Shown here in pieces: positions 56,765 to 64,000 of a stretch of 64,000 nucleotides of DNA. Origin of the DNA: an uncultured Desulfatitalea sp. (GTDB lineage Bacteria > Desulfobacterota > Desulfobacteria > Desulfobacterales > Desulfosarcinaceae). The translations under genes were made by a program, and so were the position numbers. Position 1 is the first letter of the stretch; every line of letters starts with the position of its first letter. Where the stretch lies: contig CAXXMB010000002.1 in assembly GCA_963668675.2 (NCBI GenBank), positions 2,432,001-2,496,000 on the forward strand, given 5' to 3'. The notes beneath the pieces were generated by a model. The model was given only the letters and a program-made list of their open reading frames with translations, was not told the origin of the DNA and did no database searches.

Positions 56765-59071
56765 ATGAAAAGCGGCAAGACGGCAAGAGAGATCCACATC
56801 AACGGCATCGTCCAGGGCGTCGGTTTCCGGCCGTGTGTCTATCGCCTGGCCCGGCGCAGGGGGTTGTGCGGGGAGGTGGCCAATACGGCCCGGGGGGTGA
56901 CGATTCTCCTGGAAGGGCAGGCGGCTCAGATCGACGGATTCATGACCGATCTCGAGCGCGAAAAGCCGCCTTTGGCGCATATGGTGGAGATTGCCCAGAA
57001 GGATCGGCCGGTCGACGGGCATACCGATTTCACTATCGCTCCCAGCCAGGGCAGCGCCTATCGGGCCACCCTGGTATCGCCTGATGTGGCGGTGTGCGAT
57101 GATTGCCTGCACGAACTGTTCGATCCCCGGGATCGGCGTTTCGGCTACCCGTTCATCAACTGCACCAACTGCGGACCACGCTATACGATCATCGATGACA
57201 TTCCCTACGACCGTGCCAAGACCGCCATGCGCGGCTTTAAGATGTGCCCCCAATGCCAGGCCGAATATGAGGATCCAGAAGACCGTCGCTACCACGCCCA
57301 GCCCAATGCGTGTGCGGTATGCGGCCCCAAGGTGGCGCTGTTCGATGCCGGCGGCGATCCGGTGGCGGCTGACGATCCCATCGCCTACGCGGCGCGCTTG
57401 ATTCGGGAGGGTCGCATTGTTGCCGTAAAGGGATTGGGAGGTTTTCACCTGGCGGCAGACGCCCTCAACGACGATGCGGTGGCACGGCTGCGCGAACGCA
57501 AGCACCGTGAAGAGAAACCCCTGGCCGTGATGGTGCCCGACGTGGATACCATTGCCACCTTCGCTCATATGACGTCGGAAGATGTCGAACTGTTGACCAC
57601 CATTCAGCGGCCGATCGTTTTGCTCCCCAAACGACTTCCCGAACGACTGGCCTTCTCTGTGGCACCGCGCAACCACTATTACGGGGTGATGCTACCCTAT
57701 ACACCGTTGCACCACCTGCTGTTGGCCAACGGATTTAAGGCTGTCGTGATGACCAGCGGCAACCTGAGCGAAGAACCCATTGCCATCGATAACGACGAAG
57801 CGTTCAAACGGTTGGGCGCCATCGCCGATCTCTTCCTGGTTCACGACCGGCCTATCCGGTTACGCAGCGACGACAGCATCGTACGCCGATCGGGCGGCAA
57901 GACGCGGCCCATGCGGCGCTCCAGGGGGTTCGTGCCGGTGCCGGTCTTTTTGAAACACAAGCAGCCCATGATTCTGGCCTGCGGGGCCGAGCTGAAGAAT
58001 ACGGTTTGCCTGACCAAAGGCAATCAAGCCTTTGTCAGCCAGCACATCGGTGATCTGGAAAACATGGCCACCGAGGATTTCTTCCGCCTCACCATCGATC
58101 ATCTCCAGCGCATTCTCGACATCGCTCCCCAGGCCATTGCCTGCGACATGCATCCCGACTACCTGAGTACCCGCTGGGCCGAGGCCCAGGAGGGGATGCC
58201 GATGATTCAAGTGCAGCACCACCATGCCCACGTTGCGGCCTGTATGGCCGAGCACCATCTGGAGGGTGAGGTGATCGGCTTGGCCTTTGACGGCACGGGT
58301 TATGGAACCGACGGCACGGTTTGGGGGGGTGAGGTGCTGGTTGCCGAACAGAAGGACTTCAAACGTGCGGCCCATCTTGCCTGTGTGCCCATGCCGGGGG
58401 CTGCGGCGGCGATCAGGGCGCCCTGGCGTCTGGGACTGGCCTATCTGCACGACGCTTACGGAGAGCAGCTTTGGGAGTTGGGCCTGCCATTTCTACAGCG
58501 CCTTGACGGCGACAAAGCCCGAACGGTGGTTCAGATGGCTGTCAAAGGGATCAATGCCCCCCTCACCTCCAGCCTGGGCAGGTTGTTCGATGCCATGGCC
58601 GCCATCGTTGGATTGCGGGGTACGGTGGCCTATGAAGGCCAGGCTGCCATGGAGTTGGAGATGATGGCCGATGGAAATGAGCAAAACAGCTATCCGTTTG
58701 AGTGGTCCAACGATCCGGTCAAACAGGTGGCCGTCGGCCCGATCGTCAAGGGAGTAGTCGAAGATATTTTGGACGGGTTGCCGGCCTTTATCATCAGTCG
58801 GAAATTTCACGACACCCTCATTGCCATGTGGGCCGAACTGTGCGCGGAGCTGCGTGGTGAAACCGGTTTGGGGCGCGTGGTGCTCAGCGGCGGATGCTTT
58901 CAGAATGTGCTGCTGCTCGAAGGGCTCACTGCCGCCCTGAAACAGACCGGGTTTGACGTTTTCAGCCACGAGCAGGTACCGACCAACGACGGTGGCATCT
59001 CCCTGGGGCAAGCCTTTGTGGCCGGCAGCCGGCTGGATGGGAGCGGTTTTAAGGTGTCATCTGACATTTAA
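56765..59071 (+). CDS. hypF: Carbamoyltransferase HypF
   Basis: GIVQGVGFRP, CxxC zinc fingers, QHHHAH and NDGGISLGQ. Confidence 0.96.
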   Translation: MKSGKTAREIHINGIVQGVGFRPCVYRLARRRGLCGEVANTARGVTILLEGQAAQIDGFMTDLEREKPPLAHMVEIAQKDRPVDGHTDFTIAPSQGSAYRATLVSPDVAVCDDCLHELFDPRDRRFGYPFINCTNCGPRYTIIDDIPYDRAKTAMRGFKMCPQCQAEYEDPEDRRYHAQPNACAVCGPKVALFDAGGDPVAADDPIAYAARLIREGRIVAVKGLGGFHLAADALNDDAVARLRERKHREEKPLAVMVPDVDTIATFAHMTSEDVELLTTIQRPIVLLPKRLPERLAFSVAPRNHYYGVMLPYTPLHHLLLANGFKAVVMTSGNLSEEPIAIDNDEAFKRLGAIADLFLVHDRPIRLRSDDSIVRRSGGKTRPMRRSRGFVPVPVFLKHKQPMILACGAELKNTVCLTKGNQAFVSQHIGDLENMATEDFFRLTIDHLQRILDIAPQAIACDMHPDYLSTRWAEAQEGMPMIQVQHHHAHVAACMAEHHLEGEVIGLAFDGTGYGTDGTVWGGEVLVAEQKDFKRAAHLACVPMPGAAAAIRAPWRLGLAYLHDAYGEQLWELGLPFLQRLDGDKARTVVQMAVKGINAPLTSSLGRLFDAMAAIVGLRGTVAYEGQAAMELEMMADGNEQNSYPFEWSNDPVKQVAVGPIVKGVVEDILDGLPAFIISRKFHDTLIAMWAELCAELRGETGLGRVVLSGGCFQNVLLLEGLTAALKQTGFDVFSHEQVPTNDGGISLGQAFVAGSRLDGSGFKVSSDI

Positions 59072-59119
59072 TCAACAGCGTGTAGAAGACGAGTTTTTCT
59101 TCGTTCAAGGACTTCAGAT

Positions 59120-60217
59120 ATGTCACATGAGCAAAAAGCGTTTAGCGAAGATTTTAGAGATCCCCGACTGGCCCGCAGCCTCGTGCAACAGCTGAAGCAG
59201 ACGGCCAGGTCGCCCATGCGGATCATGGAGGTTTGCGGCACGCATACCATGTCCATTTTTCGTCACGGTATCCGGGCACTTTTGCCCGAGACGATGACGT
59301 TGCTCTCCGGACCGGGATGTCCGGTATGTGTCACCGACCAGACCGATATCGACGGGTTTATTGCCCTCTCCCAGCGCGAGGAGGTGACGATAGCCACTTT
59401 TGGCGACCTGATGCGTGTACCGGGCACCTATACGTCGCTTCAGCGGGAGGTGGCTGAGGGGGCCGACGTACGGGTAGTCTACTCGCCCATGGATGCCGTG
59501 CAGCTGGCCCAAACACATCCGGACCGGACGGTGGTGTTTTTGGGGGTGGGGTTTGAAACTACGGCGCCCACAATCGCGGCGGCCATTTTAACGGCGCAGC
59601 AGCTTAAACTGCCCAATTTCTGCGTCTATTCAGCCCACAAAACCGTTCCCCAGGCGTTGGCAACGCTCATGACCCACCCGGATGTGCGCATTGATGGTTT
59701 TTTACTGCCCGGCCATGTGTCGGTGATCATCGGCATGCAGGCCTATCAGTCCTTTTTCGATTCTTTCGGCACTCCCTGCGCGGCTGCTGGGTTCGAGCCG
59801 TTGGATATACTACAGGGGCTGGTGATGCTTGCCCGGCAGATCGAGGCGGGGATGCCAGCGCTCGAGAATGCTTATCCGCGTGTCGTTACCGACGAGGGCA
59901 ACCCTAAGGCGCGGGAGGTGCTGGATCGGGTGTTTGCTGCCAGTGATGCCCGCTGGCGCGGCTTGGGGGAAATTCCCGGCAGCGGATTGATCATCCGTCC
60001 CGAGTTTGCCGATTTCGACGCCACTCGACGTTTCAATATTGCTGTGGTGGATATGCCGCCGCCAAAAGGGTGTTCCTGCGGAGAGATTTTGATCGGCATC
60101 AAGACCCCACTGGAGTGCGCCCTGTTTGGCAAGCGCTGCACCCCCATGGACCCGGTGGGACCGTGTATGGTCTCGAGCGAGGGGACGTGTGCGGCTTACT
60201 ACCGGTATAGTGCATAG
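59120..60217 (+). CDS. hypD: Hydrogenase maturation protein HypD
   Basis: MEVCGTHT, GPGCPVC, GFETT, PGHVS and CMVSSEGTC. Confidence 0.96.
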   Translation: MSHEQKAFSEDFRDPRLARSLVQQLKQTARSPMRIMEVCGTHTMSIFRHGIRALLPETMTLLSGPGCPVCVTDQTDIDGFIALSQREEVTIATFGDLMRVPGTYTSLQREVAEGADVRVVYSPMDAVQLAQTHPDRTVVFLGVGFETTAPTIAAAILTAQQLKLPNFCVYSAHKTVPQALATLMTHPDVRIDGFLLPGHVSVIIGMQAYQSFFDSFGTPCAAAGFEPLDILQGLVMLARQIEAGMPALENAYPRVVTDEGNPKAREVLDRVFAASDARWRGLGEIPGSGLIIRPEFADFDATRRFNIAVVDMPPPKGCSCGEILIGIKTPLECALFGKRCTPMDPVGPCMVSSEGTCAAYYRYSA

Positions 60218-60222
60218 GAGAT

Positions 60223-61236
60223 ATGATGAAAACGGACAAAATACTTCTCGATCACGGCAGCGGCGGTAAGATGGCACATCAGTTGACCACCGAGGTGTTG
60301 ATGCCGATGTTCGAAAATCGTTTTCTGGCTCAGCTGCATGACGGGGCCATCTTCGAGGTGGATCGCGGGCGTTTGGCTTTCTCTACGGATACGTTTGTGG
60401 TCGATCCAATCTTCTTCCCTGGCGGGAGCATTGGTGATCTGGCGGTCAACGGTACGGTCAACGATCTGGCCATGTGCGGCGCGGTGCCGCGCTATCTAAG
60501 TATGGGCTTGATTCTGGAGGAGGGGCTTGCCATGGCTGATCTGGAGCGCGTGCTTCATGGCGTGCGCGATGCACTGGATCGGGCCGGAGTGCTGTTGGTG
60601 ACCGGTGACACCAAGGTGGTCCCAAAGGGGGCGGCGGATCAGATTTTTATCAACACGTCCGGTATTGGTGTGGTGCCGGATGGGGTGACGATTGGCGCTG
60701 AAGGGGCCGCGGTTGGCGATCAAATCATTTTGAGTGGCACCATGGCCGATCACGGCATTGCGGTGCTCACCCAACGGGAGGGGCTGCGGTTCGAGTCGGA
60801 TGTGACCAGCGATACGGCGCCGTTGAATGGTTTGGTTGCGGCGATTTTGAAGGTCTGTTCTGACGTGCATGTGCTGCGTGATCCGACCCGGGGGGGCGTG
60901 GGGACGGCGCTCAACGAAATTGCTTTGCAGTCCGGCGTTGGTATGGTGCTGGAGGAGGAGCGGTTGCCTGTGTCGCCAGCGGTGGCCGGCATTTGTGAGC
61001 TGTTGGGGTTCGATCCGATCTATCTGGCCAATGAGGGTAAGCTGCTCTGTTTTGTACCGGGCGAGCGGGCGGAGGATGTATTGACTGCGATGCGGAAGAA
61101 CGAGTTTGGTCGCGGGGCGTGCGTCATCGGGAGAGTGGTGGCTGAGCATCCTGGGCGTGTGGTGATGGAGACGGCCATTGGCGGGCAGCGGATTGTGGAT
61201 ATGCTGGCGGGGGAGCAGTTGCCCCGAATATGCTAG
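60223..61236 (+). CDS. hypE: Hydrogenase maturation protein HypE
   Basis: HGSGG, NGTVNDL, RDPTRGG and C-terminal LPRIC. Confidence 0.96.
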   Translation: MMKTDKILLDHGSGGKMAHQLTTEVLMPMFENRFLAQLHDGAIFEVDRGRLAFSTDTFVVDPIFFPGGSIGDLAVNGTVNDLAMCGAVPRYLSMGLILEEGLAMADLERVLHGVRDALDRAGVLLVTGDTKVVPKGAADQIFINTSGIGVVPDGVTIGAEGAAVGDQIILSGTMADHGIAVLTQREGLRFESDVTSDTAPLNGLVAAILKVCSDVHVLRDPTRGGVGTALNEIALQSGVGMVLEEERLPVSPAVAGICELLGFDPIYLANEGKLLCFVPGERAEDVLTAMRKNEFGRGACVIGRVVAEHPGRVVMETAIGGQRIVDMLAGEQLPRIC

Positions 61237-61252
61237 AAAAAGTTTAAGGAAT

Positions 61253-61351
61253 GGCCGGTGGGGTGGTCCGGTGAGCCCGGTGCCACACATCAAACGCCAT
61301 CAGAGGCGGTTCACAGTGCGGCACCGGGCTCACCGGACCACCCCACCGGCC
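61253..61351. repeat. Perfect 32-bp inverted repeat (REP-doublet-like)
   Basis: GGCCGGTGGGGTGGTCCGGTGAGCCCGGTGCC (61253-61284) and its reverse complement (61320-61351). A GTAGGGGCGG...CCCCGCCC REP-like unit follows at ~61383. Confidence 0.8.
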
Positions 61352-61483
61352 GTCATTTTGATGGCGAGTAGATAGGCGCGTCGTAGGGGCGGAGTTGATC
61401 CCCGCCCGGGAGATCGCAAGGACGTTGTCGGTTTCAATGTCGGATTCCAATCGTGTGGAAGCAAAAAATAATGGAGTGCCCTG

Positions 61484-62509
61484 ATGACGCGACTTTATAG
61501 ATCGTTCGTTTTTCTTGCCGTATTACTATTTCTGTCCGCATGCGGTGGGCAGAAGGAGTATCAGATCGCCGGGCGGACCATGGGGACCACCTACCACATC
61601 AAGTTTATGGGGGGGCGTTCGGTGGATGTGGCAGCGGTGCAGGTCAGGGTGGATGCGCGGCTGGAAGAGATCAATGAGAGCATGTCCACCTACCGGCCGG
61701 AAAGTGAAATCAGTCGGTTCAATACTTTTGAAGAGGTAAATAAACCTTTTAAGGTGTCGGTTGATTTTTGGAAGGTGATGGTGACGGCCCGGGATATTCA
61801 CCGGATGACGGGAGGTGCCTGGGACGGTACGGTCAATCCGTTGGTGAATTTGTGGGGCTTCGGCAAGGCGGGGCCGCTTCAGCAGATGCCTGCGGCTGAG
61901 GTGGTGGAGCAGGAGCGTCGGCGGGTAGGCTTCGATCACATCGAGGTGGGCGATACGCCTGTGTTGTCCAAGCGGGTGGCCGATGTCACGGTGGACCTGG
62001 CTTCGATTGCCAAGGGGTATGGGGTGGATCGGATTGCCGCTTTGCTCGAAGAGCTGGGATTTGAGCATTTCCTGGTGGAGATTGGCGGTGAGGTGTCTGG
62101 TAAGGGGAAGCGTTTGGATGGTAAGCCGTGGCGGGTGGGGATCAACCGTCCGCGGCCCGATGCGGCGGCCGACGCGGTCTACAAGGTGGTAACATTGCGT
62201 GATGGCGCTTTGGCCACCAGTGGCGACTACCGCAATTTCTACCGGATCGAAGGAGAGATCTACTCGCATATTATCGATCCGCGCACTGGCTATCCGTCGC
62301 AAAATGGGGTGGTCAGTGCTTCAGTGGTAGCCGATACGTGCACCCTGGCTGACGGTCTGGCCACGGCGCTGATGGTGATGGGGCCGGAGAAGGGGGTGGC
62401 GCTGGTCGATACGCTGCCCGGTGTTGAGACCATGATTGTGGTGCGCCATGCGGATGGCCGGTTTACGGATCATCTCTCCCGGGGGATGGCCGCTTTTTTT
62501 GGGGAGTAG
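61484..62509 (+). CDS. apbE: FAD:protein FMN transferase (lipoprotein)
   Basis: Lipobox LSAC, TMGTTY, IAKGY, ATSGDYRN and HIIDPRTG. Confidence 0.92.
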   Translation: MTRLYRSFVFLAVLLFLSACGGQKEYQIAGRTMGTTYHIKFMGGRSVDVAAVQVRVDARLEEINESMSTYRPESEISRFNTFEEVNKPFKVSVDFWKVMVTARDIHRMTGGAWDGTVNPLVNLWGFGKAGPLQQMPAAEVVEQERRRVGFDHIEVGDTPVLSKRVADVTVDLASIAKGYGVDRIAALLEELGFEHFLVEIGGEVSGKGKRLDGKPWRVGINRPRPDAAADAVYKVVTLRDGALATSGDYRNFYRIEGEIYSHIIDPRTGYPSQNGVVSASVVADTCTLADGLATALMVMGPEKGVALVDTLPGVETMIVVRHADGRFTDHLSRGMAAFFGE

Positions 62510-62802
62510 ATGGTTGTGTTTGGCGTTGACTTTGAATTGCTACTCTTATAAGTATCCCGTGAGTTAAATTCTATCTTAATGATATAAGTTACTTATGCCC
62601 GCTACGCACTTCCGGTTGAGGAAAGGCGCTAGTGAAAGTCGGGGAGGCGGAAGGCGCTTCCGATGCATGCCGCTGGGCGCTGCAGCGCTTGCCGGATGAA
62701 CGAAGCGGCTGATTTTTTTAAAAAAAGGGATGTATGGGGTGTGGTTCGGGCACTGTCCGATGCCGACCCGAATGCACCGAGCGACAAAGGAGGGAGTGCA
62801 TA

Positions 62803-63579
62803 GTGGATATTTTGGTGTTAGTCAAACAAGTTCCGGCGACGGAGTCGTTGATTGCCATTGCCGATGACGGTGTGTCGGTCAAGACCGACGGCGTTAAATT
62901 CGTGATGAATCCATACGATGAGCTGGCGGTGGAGGAGGCGCTGCAGGTGCGCCAAGCCCAGGGCGGCGAGGTGACGATCCTTTCGGTGGGTCCGGCCAAG
63001 GCGGCTGAGGCGATCCGTACCGGTCTGGCCATGGGCGCGGACAGGGGCATTCTCATCGATCCCGGTGATCTGATGTGTGATGGTCTTGCCACGGCCAAGA
63101 TTCTGGCGGCGGCCATCAAGCCGCTCGCCTATGATTTGATCATTGCCGGTCATCGGGCCGTGGACGACGACAGCTTCCAGGTGGCCACGGCGGTGGCGGA
63201 GCTGCTCTCCATTCCCAACATTTCGATGGTGATCAAGCAGGAGCTGGGCGATGGCACCATCCGATGCCAGTGCACGGTCGAAGGGGGCACCAAAGAGGTG
63301 GAGGCACCGCTGCCGGCCCTGATTGCGGCCCAGCGCGGGCTTAACGATCCGCGTTATGCCAGCCTGCCCGGTATCATGAAGGCCAAGAAGAAGCCTCTGG
63401 AGACCAAGAGCCTGGCCGATGTGGGCCTGGATGCTGCCGATCTTCAACCCCTGGTGAAGGTCAAGGCACTCAAAGCCCCTGCCGAGCGCAAAGGGGGGCG
63501 TCTGATAGAGGGCGATTCGGTGCAGGCCAAAGCGGCCGAGCTTGCGCGGCTGCTGCATGAAGAAGCAAAAGTGATTTAG
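62803..63579 (+). CDS. etfB: Electron transfer flavoprotein beta subunit
   Basis: VKQVP, NPYDELAVEEA and PRYASLPGIMKAKKK. GTG start after an AAGGAGG-containing RBS region. Confidence 0.93.
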   Translation: MDILVLVKQVPATESLIAIADDGVSVKTDGVKFVMNPYDELAVEEALQVRQAQGGEVTILSVGPAKAAEAIRTGLAMGADRGILIDPGDLMCDGLATAKILAAAIKPLAYDLIIAGHRAVDDDSFQVATAVAELLSIPNISMVIKQELGDGTIRCQCTVEGGTKEVEAPLPALIAAQRGLNDPRYASLPGIMKAKKKPLETKSLADVGLDAADLQPLVKVKALKAPAERKGGRLIEGDSVQAKAAELARLLHEEAKVI

Positions 63580-63601
63580 ATAAAAGATAAAGGAGCAGAT
63601 C

Positions 63602-64000
63602 ATGACGCAGAGTGTCTTGGTTGTTGCAGAACAGGTTGAAGGCGTCTTTCGCAAGGTGACCTTCGAGGTCCTTTCCGCAGGCCGGCAATTGGCCGGTCAG
63701 TTGGGTGGTTCGGTGGATGTTGTCGTGTTGGGCAGCGGCATCGAGGGGATGGCAGCCGATTTGGGACAATACGGCGCAGAGAAGATTCTGGTGGCGGACG
63801 ATCCGGCGCTGGCCGATTTCACGACTGAAGCGTATACCAACGCACTGGCCGGCATTGTGGGCCAGGTTCAGCCGGCCGTGATTTTGTTGGGGGCGACGAC
63901 CCAGGGCAAGGATCTGGGGGCCCGGTTGTCGGCTCGATTGAATGCGGCTTTGGCCACCGATGCGGTGGGCCTGCAGGTCGAAGACGGCCAGGTGGTGGCG
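63602..64000 (+). CDS. etfA: Electron transfer flavoprotein alpha subunit (partial, runs off the right edge)
   Basis: Hand translation MTQSVLVVAEQVEG...YGAEKILVADD...LLGATTQGKDLGARLSARL, directly after etfB. Confidence 0.88.
   Translation, partial: MTQSVLVVAEQVEGVFRKVTFEVLSAGRQLAGQLGGSVDVVVLGSGIEGMAADLGQYGAEKILVADDPALADFTTEAYTNALAGIVGQVQPAVILLGATTQGKDLGARLSARLNAALATDAVGLQVEDGQVVA

Noticed and set aside
747..63769. Many long antisense or alternate-frame ORFs (e.g. 747-1682, 20272-21369, 23913-25130, 30088-31224, 54258-55544)
   Set aside because: They are shadows of well-supported genes in GC-rich DNA, with no recognisable motifs or RBS.

Overview
A 64-kb, GC-rich core-metabolism region of a sulfate-reducing deltaproteobacterium (gene content and order suggest Desulfobacterales, e.g. 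Desulfosarcina/Desulfatitalea-like; the taxon is inferred). From left to right: (1) a minus-strand TonB/ExbBD/DUF3450/TPR uptake operon that also carries cooT and DUF3842 and runs into a TonB-dependent receptor; (2) a minus-strand cluster joining a double-cubane cluster protein (DCCP) and its ATPase activator to YedE, TusA/SirA, DUF3343, a kinase-fold protein and YkgJ; (3) a HesB-like gene, a RelE-like orphan, two MvhD genes, an HdrD-like CCG protein and a glutamine amidotransferase; (4) the sulfate reduction core aprBA-qmoABC, a CBS protein, an SLC13/DASS transporter and sat; (5) an Ehr (Hyf-like, no NiFe site) membrane complex, a beta-helix/gamma-CA-like protein, a second CBS protein and two tRNA-Ser genes; (6) a periplasmic [NiFe] hydrogenase, two maturation proteases, hypC, an MMPL/RND-histidine kinase fusion, a group-2 sensory-type hydrogenase, a multi-PAS kinase, a stand-alone receiver, hypFDE, apbE and etfBA. 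The intergenic regions hold several families of nested palindromic repeats (MITE/REP-like), a tandem NrdR-box-like pair upstream of aprB and a large structured element between aprA and qmoA. The best candidates for undescribed systems are the DCCP-YedE-TusA operon and the MMPL-kinase/sensory-hydrogenase signalling module. All family assignments come from motif recognition, not database searches.
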